Origin: Acidobacteriota bacterium
GTDB lineage: Bacteria > Acidobacteriota > UBA890 > WLXD01
Length of the DNA stretch: 64,000 bases
Reading direction: 5' to 3'
Assembly (NCBI GenBank): GCA_965248695.1
Contig: CBDFKD010000002.1
Span: forward strand, 1,568,001 to 1,632,000
Shown piece by piece: positions 7,848 to 17,512 of this stretch; the stretch's first letter is position 1; each line of letters starts with the position of its first letter. Made by a program: the position numbers and the translations under genes. The notes under the pieces were generated by a model. That model was given only the letters and a program-made list of their open reading frames with translations, had not been told where the DNA came from and did no database searches.

Positions 7848-10067
7848 TTACGCGCCGCGCACATAGACGACCGCTTGCTCTTCGACGCGATTGCCGCTCG
7901 TCGTGTCGATGATTCGCGACCACAGGCGCGCTGCGCCGGGACGCACGATCGCCGGCACCCGGGCGCGGATGAGAATGCTCGTAGCGTCGGTCGTCTGGTC
8001 ATAGGTACTGCCGAGAACGGCGACGTCGCGCAGTGGGTACACGTCGCCCTCGAGATTGTCCTCTTCGATCTCGATGACCACACCCGCCAGGACCTGGTCG
8101 GTAGCCGGGTCGCGAGCTACGTGGAACGCGGTAACAAGCAACAGGAAGGACTCTCCGAGAACGAGCTCGGGGGCCGCCACCGGGACCAACCGACGACCGG
8201 CGAAATTGAACGGGTCGAAGCCCGGATCGAGCTCGGGCAACGGCGGTGCGTTGGAATCTGACACCACGAGTGGCCGTACCAGGGTCAGCTCGTCGCTGCC
8301 CTCGGGGGCATAGAAGCGACGCGTCGTGCTGCTCAGCCGCCCCACCTCGGTCTCGCGCAGCAGCACTCGCAGCCGTCGATCTCCCGGAGGGACATCGACG
8401 AAGTCCGCGTAGCGAAAATCCTGCCCCACCAGCGGGCCTCGAGCGCGCATTCCGGCCACATCGACCGCAACACGGCGCCGGAAAGAGTCGTAGGCGGAAC
8501 CTTCCTCGTCGAGCGCAAAAGCGCCGATCTCGAGCTGCAGATTGTCGTCGCCGCGCTCCGTGGCCAGGCGATCGAGCTCTTCGCCGCTGATCTGCAGGAC
8601 CAGCGCCGCGCGGCTGCTATCGGTATCGGTCGGGAACGCCACTACCTGGGCGCGGAAATCGATCTCACGCCGATCCACATCATCGTTCATGAACTCGGCG
8701 AGCTGTAGCTGCCGTTGCATCTCGTTCATGTCCCGGTACTCGGGAGGAGGCGCCAGCCGAGTCGGGGCAGACACCACCCGAGCTCCCGACGGTACGACCT
8801 CGATCCTTATGTCGACCACGTCCGGGTCGGTGGACTCCTTGCGATACGCGAGCATGTAGAAGGCGGCGGTCTGGCTCTCGATCTCTGCCAGCGCCACCGA
8901 CAGGTCGTTCATATTCCAGTTCGCGCTGCCGTCTGTGCCCTCGGCAAGCACGTTCAGCGACTGGTGACCCGTGCGCAGCGAGGCCAGCGCGGAGGCGCCG
9001 TTCGTCGTAACAGCGCTCCCCAAGCGCGACGCGTCGTGAACCCCGGAATCGCGTAACCCGGAAGGATCCACCGCATGGATCACCGCATCGGCGCCACGGA
9101 ACTGTTCGATCAGCTCGGTCATGTTCTTACGGATCTCGGAGCTGCCGTAGAGCGCCTCGGGATCATCGGCAGCAAACCCCATCGGACTCGCCGCGCGCGC
9201 CTCGGAAGCAGCGCCGAGCTGACCCAGGGTCTGGCCGGTAATGGCACGATCGTCGAAACCGCGCGAGAACAGCACGACGTGCTTGCGGCCCTCGATCGCC
9301 TGCATCATCTCGCCGAAGCTACGCATCTGTGCCGTGTAGTTCGACACCGTCGCGACATACTCCCGGTACTCCATCGCGTCGAGCTGCTCGAGCGCCCCGC
9401 CGCCGCCAGCCGGGCCTACTGCGAGCTCTGCAAGCGCCTGGGTGATCGCCTCTTCGTTGGGTATCCTGCCCGTGGTCTGGTCGGTGGCGCTGGCAAGACC
9501 CAACGTGCCGATGGCCCGGCGCGCCTGCCCGTGGTTGCTCGTGAACGGGCTCAGCAGCTGGATACCGAACCGCGTCGCCGTAGCGACTGCCAGGAGGTCC
9601 TCCCCATGCACCTGCTCGGTGACAAAGGCGAGCGCCGCGCGCCGCGCCTCGAGGATGCCGCGCCGAGTAGTGAAGTTGAGGTCGAAGAAGATCAGGAAGT
9701 GGCGTCGCGCTGCCACGGGTCGTGGCGTATCGCGTCGGGCCGGCGCTGCGCGCGCCCCGCTGTCAACGAAGGCAATGCCGGCGGTGGCCGTGTCGGGACG
9801 AAGATCCACCTCGTAGGCGACCTCCACTGGCCGCAGATCGCCGTCTACGTAGAGACGGAAATCATCGGCGCCGAGGCCCGCTGCGAAGGTGCCGTCGTCG
9901 CCCTCGACGCTGACCTGCAACTGCACCAGCTCGACCGTGGTGGAGAACTGCGGACGCTGCTGCGCGGCGCCGGCAACTACGGCGGGGACAACGAGTAAGG
10001 CCATCGCCACGACGGACGGTCTGACGACTCGCCCGAGGTGCGAGACAGAAAGTCGTTTGCGACGCAC
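7848..10067 (-). CDS. Exported VWA-domain protein (Acidobacteria-type VWFA-related)
   Basis: Signal peptide, PQFSTTVELVQLQVSV...GLGADDFRLYVDG, FLIFFDLNF, GRKHVVLFSRG, LAEGTDG, FYMLAY. Confidence 0.8.
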   Translation of the reverse strand: MRRKRLSVSHLGRVVRPSVVAMALLVVPAVVAGAAQQRPQFSTTVELVQLQVSVEGDDGTFAAGLGADDFRLYVDGDLRPVEVAYEVDLRPDTATAGIAFVDSGARAAPARRDTPRPVAARRHFLIFFDLNFTTRRGILEARRAALAFVTEQVHGEDLLAVATATRFGIQLLSPFTSNHGQARRAIGTLGLASATDQTTGRIPNEEAITQALAELAVGPAGGGGALEQLDAMEYREYVATVSNYTAQMRSFGEMMQAIEGRKHVVLFSRGFDDRAITGQTLGQLGAASEARAASPMGFAADDPEALYGSSEIRKNMTELIEQFRGADAVIHAVDPSGLRDSGVHDASRLGSAVTTNGASALASLRTGHQSLNVLAEGTDGSANWNMNDLSVALAEIESQTAAFYMLAYRKESTDPDVVDIRIEVVPSGARVVSAPTRLAPPPEYRDMNEMQRQLQLAEFMNDDVDRREIDFRAQVVAFPTDTDSSRAALVLQISGEELDRLATERGDDNLQLEIGAFALDEEGSAYDSFRRRVAVDVAGMRARGPLVGQDFRYADFVDVPPGDRRLRVLLRETEVGRLSSTTRRFYAPEGSDELTLVRPLVVSDSNAPPLPELDPGFDPFNFAGRRLVPVAAPELVLGESFLLLVTAFHVARDPATDQVLAGVVIEIEEDNLEGDVYPLRDVAVLGSTYDQTTDATSILIRARVPAIVRPGAARLWSRIIDTTSGNRVEEQAVVYVRGA

Positions 10068-10141
10068 CGCAGCCTCCTGACCCGTGCGGACGAGGGGGAG
10101 GGCGGCCGTCGGCCGCCGTGTTTCATATTAGACGGGCGCGA

Positions 10142-10606
10142 CTAGCGGCGCCTGCCCGAAAGCCGGTGGTCGACCGACAGGCGCCCCGGCCCCAGGATGA
10201 CCACGCTGCCCATGATGATCAGGAACAGCAGGGCCCTCTCGGGATCGCCCGACGCCTGAAGCTCTTCCGCCGTGGGCGACGCAATTCCGAGCCAACCCGC
10301 GAAATGCATCATCGAGCGATGACGTAGGAAGGCCGCGGTGAACATGGCCGTTGCCGCCATCGAGGCGCTCAGACGCGTATACAACCCCAAGGCAACGCAC
10401 AGTCCGCCAACGAACTCGGTCAATCCGAGAGCCCAGGCAAACGCCACCGGCAGTGGAAACCCCAGGCCGCTGACCATGCTGACGAGCCAATCTGCCTGCC
10501 CGGTGATCAGCGCGTAGAACTTGGTCCAGCCGTGCGCGAATGCGAGCAACAGGCCAGCGGCTCGAAGCAACAGCACGGCGTAGTCTGACGGTCGTGTGCG
10601 CTCCAT
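10142..10606 (-). CDS. DoxX family membrane protein
   Basis: LLLRAAGLLLAFAHGWTK, TEFVGGLCVALGLYTR, GPGRLSVD. Confidence 0.88.
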   Translation of the reverse strand: MERTRPSDYAVLLLRAAGLLLAFAHGWTKFYALITGQADWLVSMVSGLGFPLPVAFAWALGLTEFVGGLCVALGLYTRLSASMAATAMFTAAFLRHRSMMHFAGWLGIASPTAEELQASGDPERALLFLIIMGSVVILGPGRLSVDHRLSGRRR

Positions 10607-10648
10607 GGGCTCTATGGTAGCGTAGCGGCTGCACCTCGGAGGTTACTC

Positions 10649-10912
10649 ATGATCGACCAGGAACTGCTCGATATCCTGGCCTGTCCGGAAGACAAGACGC
10701 CGCTGCGACTCGCAGAAGAGAACGAGCTGGCGAGACTCAACGAACAGGTTGCCGCAGGTACATTGACGAATCGTGGCGGCGAGGTTGTGGCGGAGGCTTT
10801 GCAGGCGGGCCTGATCCGCGAGGACGGTCGCTACCTGTACGCCATCCGCGACGACATCCCGATCATGCTCATCGACGAGGCGATCCCGCTATCGCCATCC
10901 AGCGACGGATAG
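10649..10912 (+). CDS. Trm112/UPF0434 family protein
   Basis: IDQELLDILACPEDKTPL...YAIRDDIPIMLIDEA. Confidence 0.88.
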   Translation: MIDQELLDILACPEDKTPLRLAEENELARLNEQVAAGTLTNRGGEVVAEALQAGLIREDGRYLYAIRDDIPIMLIDEAIPLSPSSDG

Positions 10913-10916
10913 GCCG

Positions 10917-11198
10917 ATGGAAACTGGTTCTTTGCAGGAGCTGCATCCGCTGGAGATCCGCGAGCTGCGCTTCAAGCTGCAGCAGCAGGTGTCCAGCCTC
11001 GAGGAGGACGCCGATAGCAGCGCCCTCGAACAACAGATCACGGACCTTCAGGAAGTCTGTCCGCACGCCCATCCGGAGGAGTCCGAAGAGAAGGGATGGC
11101 GCTGCCGTGATTGCGACTTGAGCCGGCCACCGGAGCCGGCCGCCGAACCCGAAGTGGCGGAGGCGGAAGAGGCCAAGCCAGCTCCCGCCTCGGCCTGA
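10917..11198 (+). CDS. Small hypothetical protein (coiled coil plus CPH...CxxC putative Zn ribbon)
   Basis: Starts 4 nt after the Trm112-like stop; host-like codon use; LQEVCPH...WRCRDCD. Confidence 0.6.
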   Translation: METGSLQELHPLEIRELRFKLQQQVSSLEEDADSSALEQQITDLQEVCPHAHPEESEEKGWRCRDCDLSRPPEPAAEPEVAEAEEAKPAPASA

Positions 11199-11359
11199 AA
11201 CGCTCCGGTACCCGCACATCGGACGCGGCAACCCGCAGATGGCACAATTCAGATGCCTGGTTCGGTGTAAAATTCGGGCTCGCTGCGAGTACCCGCGGCG
11301 ACCCGATGGCTCGCTGCCCGGCTTCGTGCAGCTGAAGACCCACCACTCGAGGCAGACCC

Positions 11360-11521
11360 ATGGCCAAGGCCGGTAACCGCGTGCAGGTAAAGCTCAAGAG
11401 CACCGAGAGCCCGCACAAGTACTACACGACGAAGAACAAACGGAACACGACCGAGCGCCTCGAGCTCAGGAAGTACGATCCCGTCGTGCGCCGGCACGTG
11501 AACTACAAGGAAGAGAAGTAA
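11360..11521 (+). CDS. rpmG: 50S ribosomal protein L33 (Zn-free C- type)
   Basis: Translated by hand: [53 protein letters not shown] (53 aa; below the ORF-track cutoff). Confidence 0.96.
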   Translation: MAKAGNRVQVKLKSTESPHKYYTTKNKRNTTERLELRKYDPVVRRHVNYKEEK

Positions 11522-11561
11522 CGACCCGCCGCGGAACGCGCGAGGACGACAGGCGGTTCCG

Positions 11562-14500
11562 ATGAAGTTCACAACGCCGCCTTCCGAGATCGCGTTCCCC
11601 CGTATCGAGGAAGAGGTTCTCGAGCGCTGGACGCAGCGGCGCATCTTCGAGCGCTCCATCGAGCAGCGCGACCCGACACGCTCCTACTCCTTCTACGATG
11701 GCCCGCCGTTCGCCACCGGGCTGCCGCACTACGGTCACCTGCTCGTCGGTACGATCAAGGATGTCGTGGCCCGCTATCAGACCATGCGTGGCCACCGTGT
11801 CGAACGCCGCTTCGGATGGGACTGCCACGGCCTACCGGTGGAATTCGAAGTCGAGAAACAGTTGGGTCTCAACGGTCGTGCCGACATCGAGGAGTACGGC
11901 ATCGACAAGTTCAACGAGACCTGCCGTTCGATCGTGCTGCGCTACACCGACGAGTGGCGGCAGACCGTTACCCGCTTCGGGCGCTGGGTCGACTTCGACA
12001 ACGACTACAAGACCATGGACCTGTCGTTCATGGAGAGCGTCTGGAGCGTCTTCAAGACGCTTTGGGACCGCGACCTGATCTACGAGGGCTACCGGGTCGT
12101 TCCCTACTCTTGGCGCATCGGCGCACCACTGTCGAACTTCGAGGCCAATCTCAACTATAAGGAGATTCAGGACCCTTCGATCACGGTGAAATTCCGTGCT
12201 GACGATGGGCTCGTTCTGCTCGCCTGGACGACCACACCCTGGACGCTGCCGTCGAATCTGGGTTTGGCGGTCGATCCCGATGCCGAATACGCCATCGTCG
12301 AGGAGCTCGACGACAGCGGCAAGCCCCTCGGTGAGCAGTTGGTGCTGCACGCCGAGCGCGTCCACGCCTACTGGCCGAGTGACGAGGGAATCCGGCGGGT
12401 TGGCACGATGGCAGGCTCGGAGCTGGCCGGCAAGAGCTACGAGCCGTTGTTTCCTTTCTTCGGCGAGCGCAAGGCCGAGGGCGCGTTCAAGGTGCTGCCG
12501 GGGACCTTCGTGACGGCAGAAAGTGGCACCGGCATCGTGCACACGGCACCGGCGTTCGGTGAGGACGATTTCGCTCTCGGTAAGGAGTTCGGTATCGAGC
12601 CCGCCGATCCGGTAGATGGTGACGGGTGCTTCACCGAACAGGTGCCGCCGTACGCCGGCCAGATGGTCAAGGACGCCGACAAACAGATCATTAGCGACCT
12701 CAAGGCCGCCGGGAAGATCTTGCGCCACGACACCTACGTCCACAGCTACCCGTTCTGCTATCGCTCCGACACGCCGCTGATCTACAAGACGATCAGCGCC
12801 TGGTACGTTCGCGTGGAGGCATTCAAGGACGAGCTCATCGCCGCCAACCAGAGAATTCGCTGGGTACCGGAACATCTCAAGGACGGCCGCTTCGGCAAGT
12901 GGCTCGAGGGGGCGCGCGACTGGAACATCTCGCGCAACCGCTACTGGGGAAACCCGCTCCCGATCTGGCGCAACGAGGAAACCGGCGAGGCTGTCTGTGT
13001 CGGCTCGCGCGACGAGCTGCAGGCGCTATCCGGCGTTGTCGTGGACGACCTCCACAAACACATCATCGACGACGTGGTGATTCCCTCGCCGACCGGTAAC
13101 GGCGAGCTGCGGCGGGTTCCCGAGGTTCTCGACTGCTGGTTCGAGTCCGGATCGATGCCCTACGGCCAGGCACACTACCCGTTCGACGACAAGGAGGCCT
13201 TCGAGGCCGGCTTCCCGGCCGACTTCATCTGCGAGGCTCTCGACCAGACTCGCGGCTGGTTCTACACCTTGCTGGTGCTGTCGACCGCGCTGTTCGACAA
13301 ACCGGCCTTCAGGAACGTCGTCGTTAGCGGCCTGGTGCTGGCAGAGGACGGCCGCAAGATGTCGAAGAGCCTGAAGAACTACCCGGAGCCCACCGAGCTC
13401 GTCGACGAGTTCGGTGCCGATGCCATCCGCATCTATCTGCTCGATTCGCCGGTGCTGCGCGGCGAGGAGACCCGCTTCTCGCCCAACGGCGTGCGCGAGA
13501 TGGTCCGCAGAGTGTTGTTGCCCTGGTGGAACAGCGTCTGTTTCCTGCAGACGTACGCCGCTGTCGACGGCTGGGACCCGGCAACGGATGCCTGGGACGC
13601 TGCGCCGACGCACGAGCTGGACGTTTGGATCGGCGCCAAGCTCGAGGACCTCAAGCTACAGGTCGAATCCGAGATGGGCGCCTATCGGCTCTATCGCGTT
13701 GTAGATCCATTGCTGGCGTTCCTCGACGATCTCACCAACTGGTATATCCGCCGCTCGCGGCGGCGTTTCTGGAAGTCGGAGTCGGACGACGACAAGCGCA
13801 GCGCCTACACGACACTCTACGGTGTATTGCTGGAGTTCTCCGAGCTCATGGCGCCGTTCACACCGTTCATGGCCGACTACGTCTACGAGATGTTGCGCGC
13901 CACGCCGGACACGCTCGCCACCGACAGCGTTCACCTGCGGGACGTTCCCCGACGGCGAGAGCTGTCAACAGATGAGCTGGAGGTCGAGGGTCGCATCGAT
14001 CTCACCCGTGTCGTGTGTGAGATGGGGCGCAGCCTGCGGGCCCAGGCAAAGATCCGCAATCGCCAACCGCTGCGTGCCATCCGTGTCGGCACCACCAGCC
14101 ATCGCGAGGCCGAGTGGCTGCAGGCCAGCAGCGAGGTCATCCTCGACGAGCTCAACATCAAGGGGCTCGAGGTCATCGAGGATCCCACCCAGGTGGCGCG
14201 GCCCGAGGTGGTTCCAAACATGCGCGCGCTTGGGCCGCGACTCGGCGCCGAGGCCAAGAAGGTGGCCGCTGCACTGCGCGATCTGGACGCAGCAACCGCC
14301 CGCAGCCTGGCGTTCGGCGAATCGGTGCTCGTCGCTGGCGTCGAGCTGGGCGCCGACGACGTTCAGGTGCGCATGCACCCGACCGAAGAAGGCTCGCTGG
14401 TCGCCGCGCAGGGTCACCTGGTGGTGGCGCTCGACCCGCAGGTCGACGACGAGCTGCGCGCCGAGGGCATTGCCCGCGACCTGGTCAATCGCATCCAGCG

Positions 14501-14720
14501 TATGCGCAAGGAGCTCGATCTCCCGGTCGAGGCACGCATCGAGGTCGGCCTACAGGACGCTGCGGCGGAGATCCTTGCCGCCGTGGAAGCGAACCGCGGC
14601 ATCGTCGAGGGGGAAACGCTGAGCAAGATCTGCGAGGGTGGGCTGGCCACCCCGGAGATCACCAAGGAGCACGAAATCGACGGGCTTGCGGTGACCGTCG
14701 AGATCCATCGCGTCGCCTAG
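11562..14720 (+). CDS. ileS: Isoleucine--tRNA ligase, type 2 (eukaryote-like)
   Basis: FYDGPPFATGLPHYGH, GWDCHGLP, WTTTPWTLPSN, DWNISRNRYWG, KMSKSLKNYP; long C-terminus without the type-1 Zn finger. Confidence 0.97.
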   Translation: MKFTTPPSEIAFPRIEEEVLERWTQRRIFERSIEQRDPTRSYSFYDGPPFATGLPHYGHLLVGTIKDVVARYQTMRGHRVERRFGWDCHGLPVEFEVEKQLGLNGRADIEEYGIDKFNETCRSIVLRYTDEWRQTVTRFGRWVDFDNDYKTMDLSFMESVWSVFKTLWDRDLIYEGYRVVPYSWRIGAPLSNFEANLNYKEIQDPSITVKFRADDGLVLLAWTTTPWTLPSNLGLAVDPDAEYAIVEELDDSGKPLGEQLVLHAERVHAYWPSDEGIRRVGTMAGSELAGKSYEPLFPFFGERKAEGAFKVLPGTFVTAESGTGIVHTAPAFGEDDFALGKEFGIEPADPVDGDGCFTEQVPPYAGQMVKDADKQIISDLKAAGKILRHDTYVHSYPFCYRSDTPLIYKTISAWYVRVEAFKDELIAANQRIRWVPEHLKDGRFGKWLEGARDWNISRNRYWGNPLPIWRNEETGEAVCVGSRDELQALSGVVVDDLHKHIIDDVVIPSPTGNGELRRVPEVLDCWFESGSMPYGQAHYPFDDKEAFEAGFPADFICEALDQTRGWFYTLLVLSTALFDKPAFRNVVVSGLVLAEDGRKMSKSLKNYPEPTELVDEFGADAIRIYLLDSPVLRGEETRFSPNGVREMVRRVLLPWWNSVCFLQTYAAVDGWDPATDAWDAAPTHELDVWIGAKLEDLKLQVESEMGAYRLYRVVDPLLAFLDDLTNWYIRRSRRRFWKSESDDDKRSAYTTLYGVLLEFSELMAPFTPFMADYVYEMLRATPDTLATDSVHLRDVPRRRELSTDELEVEGRIDLTRVVCEMGRSLRAQAKIRNRQPLRAIRVGTTSHREAEWLQASSEVILDELNIKGLEVIEDPTQVARPEVVPNMRALGPRLGAEAKKVAAALRDLDAATARSLAFGESVLVAGVELGADDVQVRMHPTEEGSLVAAQGHLVVALDPQVDDELRAEGIARDLVNRIQRMRKELDLPVEARIEVGLQDAAAEILAAVEANRGIVEGETLSKICEGGLATPEITKEHEIDGLAVTVEIHRVA

Positions 14721-14919
14721 CACGCCGAAGGTCGGCAACGTCAATCGGGCGAAGGACTGCTGCGAGTTCCGTGTCAAAGGCACCGCCCCCAGGACGCTGT
14801 ACCCACGCGTCCATCTCACTATGAACGTGGCCCAAGTGGCCATACAACGTCCGTCGGCTGGTAGGCGCTCGTACCGCGACGTCTGTTCCTCGTAGCACCG
14901 GATGTGTATCGTGATGTGT

Positions 14920-15114
14920 ATGCGTACCAACATAGACCTTGATGATGAACTGGTAGCCGAGGCCCAGGAGCTGACGGGCATCAACACGAAGCGCGGTGTG
15001 GTGCACGAGGCCCTGCGCGTGCTGATCGCATCGCGGAAACGACTTCCGTTGTCGGATCTCGTCGGCAAGGTGCGATTCGCACCGGGATACGACTACAAGG
15101 CCGCGCGGCGCTGA
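14920..15114 (+). CDS. vapB: VapB-type antitoxin (RHH)
   Basis: MRTNIDLDDELVAEAQELTGINTKRGVVHEALR; directly upstream of a PIN gene. Confidence 0.88.
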   Translation: MRTNIDLDDELVAEAQELTGINTKRGVVHEALRVLIASRKRLPLSDLVGKVRFAPGYDYKAARR

Positions 15115-15539
15115 ATGTCGCGGGCAAGACCCCGACCGTAGTCGTCATCGACACCTCGGTGCTGATCGCTTACGTGAGGGATGAACGCCGCCCAGCTGTC
15201 GCCGCCATGCAACGGCTGGAATCCCACGGGACGCCGTACTGGATCCCAGAGCTCTGCTGTCAGGAGCTCCTGCAGGGGGCCCTCGACGAACCCGAGTGGG
15301 AGATCCTCGAGTTGTACCTCACGACCCAGAACGTGCTTACCGCGCGGCGTGGCTGGAACACGCACCGGGATGCCGCCCGCATCTACTTCGATTGCCGCCG
15401 GGCAGGCATCACCATCGGGTCGACAGTCGACTGCATCGTCGCGCAGCAAGTGCTGGATGCGGACGGTGTCTTGCTCCACGACGACGCAGACTTCGAGCGC
15501 ATCCAGAAGGTGCGACCGTTGAGGACGCTCGACGTCTAA
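15111..15539 (+). CDS. vapC: VapC PIN-domain toxin (start uncertain; probably CTG at 15111)
   Basis: VVIDTSVLI, QELLQGA, TIGSTVDCIVA, LLHDDADFERI; the first catalytic Asp lies upstream of the GTG (15159) used by the ORF track. Confidence 0.85.
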   Translation: MNVAGKTPTVVVIDTSVLIAYVRDERRPAVAAMQRLESHGTPYWIPELCCQELLQGALDEPEWEILELYLTTQNVLTARRGWNTHRDAARIYFDCRRAGITIGSTVDCIVAQQVLDADGVLLHDDADFERIQKVRPLRTLDV

Positions 15540-15736
15540 AAGCACCGTCGAGATCGCGCCGCTATCGCAACGGACGGTGGAGTACGAAATATTTGACAGA
15601 ATTAGTCAAATAACTTCGGGAGTATGTACCTGTTGAAACCCCGCATGGGCAAGAAAACGAGGGCGCTCACATCGGCCCCCTCTACCGCTCGCGGGCCGGG
15701 TGCCACCGACAAGGGGTTGACTGGCGAGAGGGTGCG

Positions 15737-16687
15737 CTATCGGCCGACCGCTTCTTTGTAGGTCAGCCGCTTGTGGTTGGCGCTCTGAATCGCACGCACC
15801 GTCCGCGTCCCGTCGTCGCATCGCCGGTTGTTGTACCGGAACTCGAACTCGTGAAGGTAGCGGTGCAGGTGCTTCTTGCTCACGCTGTGGAAAGTGCCAT
15901 AGACGCCGCGCTTGAGCAGCGAGAAGAAGCCCTCGATGGTGTTCGTGTGGATGTCACCGCGCACGTACTCGCGGGCGCCGTGCTTGATCCGGTGATGCCC
16001 GCCCGCGAAGTGCCGACCGGCTGGCCGATACGCGGGCAACTCGTCGGTGATGAGCCGGGCCGATGTGTCTACTTGTTCTGCGAGTGCTGATTCCAGATTC
16101 GCCCCGGTGACACGTTCCATCACTCGTGCGCGGATTTCGCCGCCGCGTTCGACAACCCCGACAACGGGCGTCTTCTTCGTGCCTCGCCCGCGTGGGTTGT
16201 GCGGTCCCTTGTAGCGCGGCTTGCCGCCGACGTAGGTTTCGTCGGCTTCGACAGTGCCGGTGAGTAGACGCTGCGGCGAGTCTCCCGATCCCATCGCTTC
16301 GCGGATTCGGTGCATCAGAAAGAGCGCCGACTTGTAGCTGATCTCGCATTCACGGCTGATCTGCAACGCTGAGACGCCCTTCTTGGATGAGCATGCTTTC
16401 CAGAAGGCGTAGCACCAGTGTCGCAGCGGGAGCCGGGTTTCCTCGAACACTGTCCCGGTGCGAACGGTGAACATTCGCTTGCAGTCGCGGCAGCGCCAGC
16501 GGAAGTCCTTGTTGCGCTCGCCCGTCGCGCGGTCCTTCATCTGGTAGGCGTCAACGCTTCCACACCGAGGGCAGCATGGCTCGGCGGCCCAGCGGTGCTG
16601 TTCAAGGAACTCAACCGCAAGGCGCTCGTTGACAGTCGCCCGCCGAAGCGCGCCGAGTATCGCTGATTTCTCTTTCCGCTTGGGCAT
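15737..16687 (-). CDS. IS1595-family (ISXO2-like) DDE transposase
   Basis: N-terminal Zn ribbon CPRC...CRDC, HTH (KGVSALQISRE), catalytic VEADETYVGG, LITDE, HTNTIEGFFSLLKRG, YLHEFEFRYN. Confidence 0.96.
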   Translation of the reverse strand: MPKRKEKSAILGALRRATVNERLAVEFLEQHRWAAEPCCPRCGSVDAYQMKDRATGERNKDFRWRCRDCKRMFTVRTGTVFEETRLPLRHWCYAFWKACSSKKGVSALQISRECEISYKSALFLMHRIREAMGSGDSPQRLLTGTVEADETYVGGKPRYKGPHNPRGRGTKKTPVVGVVERGGEIRARVMERVTGANLESALAEQVDTSARLITDELPAYRPAGRHFAGGHHRIKHGAREYVRGDIHTNTIEGFFSLLKRGVYGTFHSVSKKHLHRYLHEFEFRYNNRRCDDGTRTVRAIQSANHKRLTYKEAVGR

Positions 16688-16783
16688 GGTAGCAAGATAT
16701 CATAACTTTGAATTTATTGCAATTCATAATTTCTGGATAATTTGCAGTTGCTTCTGCAGTTCACCTGGTGAGAGAATTGTCTC

Positions 16784-16819
16784 CGACAGAGACCTTGGCG
16801 GCGACAGAGACCTTGGCGG
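16784..16819 (+). repeat. Tandem duplication of 18 bp (CGACAGAGACCTTGGCGG x2)
   Basis: Two exact copies just upstream of the first cargo gene, followed by a partial CAGAGA. Confidence 0.9.
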
Positions 16820-16834
16820 CAGAGAGTCGAGCAA

Positions 16835-17512
16835 TTGCCGAGTTCCAGCGATGAAGTTCTGAAACAGGTGGGGGGCGAGGTCCCGCTTCTTTGGTTGTCA
16901 GTCCGGGAAGGGATCGAAGCCTACACCCGCGACCCGGATCATACGGACCGGACACGAGCCAACATCATTCGCGACAAGATCATCGCGAGGCTGAAGGCCA
17001 ATTTCGCCAACGTCGAAGACGTAGCGTTCCAGGAGCGCAACAACCTTTGTGTGATGCAGATCGCCAGGGGCCGCTTCTTCGTCAAAGTGAAGAAGATGAA
17101 CGGCGAGGACCTGCGAACCGCGCAACAGCCAACACAGCTCGTACTTGCCTACAAAGGCCAAGATCACGAGTACTTGCAGCCGCGTTTACTCGGCCTTGGC
17201 GGGGATCGGTTCTGGGCAGATGAAACGGAAGCGCAACACCTTGAACTCGGATATCGGCTTCCGCCAGGGGGCGGCGTAGAATTGCACAGCGCCACTGTCT
17301 GGTTGGTCTGCCCGGACAGTATCTCATCGATCGCATGGGCGATTTGCCTCGATGAGATCGTTGAACCGGCAGTCGAAGAGATCGAACCGCAGCCGACTGT
17401 CGAAGCACCCAAGTCCGAAGTCGTCGCACGAGAAGACCTCGAAACTGGCGAGGCAGAAGAGGAGCAGCAGCACGATGAGCGCAAGCGCCGATCAGAAACT
17501 GATGAATCCTGA
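16835..17512 (+). CDS. Hypothetical protein (candidate toxin/effector partner of the XRE-M78 peptidase)
   Basis: 225-aa ORF (TTG start) inside the tIS, overlapping the next gene by 38 nt; motifs RTRANIIRD, VKKMN, RTAQQPT; acidic tail. Confidence 0.8.
   Translation: MPSSSDEVLKQVGGEVPLLWLSVREGIEAYTRDPDHTDRTRANIIRDKIIARLKANFANVEDVAFQERNNLCVMQIARGRFFVKVKKMNGEDLRTAQQPTQLVLAYKGQDHEYLQPRLLGLGGDRFWADETEAQHLELGYRLPPGGGVELHSATVWLVCPDSISSIAWAICLDEIVEPAVEEIEPQPTVEAPKSEVVAREDLETGEAEEEQQHDERKRRSETDES

Noticed and set aside
11522-11561. T-box or other leader upstream of ileS
   Set aside because: Only 40 nt between rpmG and ileS; no T-box motif
14920-15539. vapBC as part of the transposon cargo
   Set aside because: It lies outside the left TIR/TSD (15609-15617); adjacency is probably coincidental
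16784-16819. CRISPR-like array
   Set aside because: Only two abutting 18-bp copies, no spacers, no cas genes in the window
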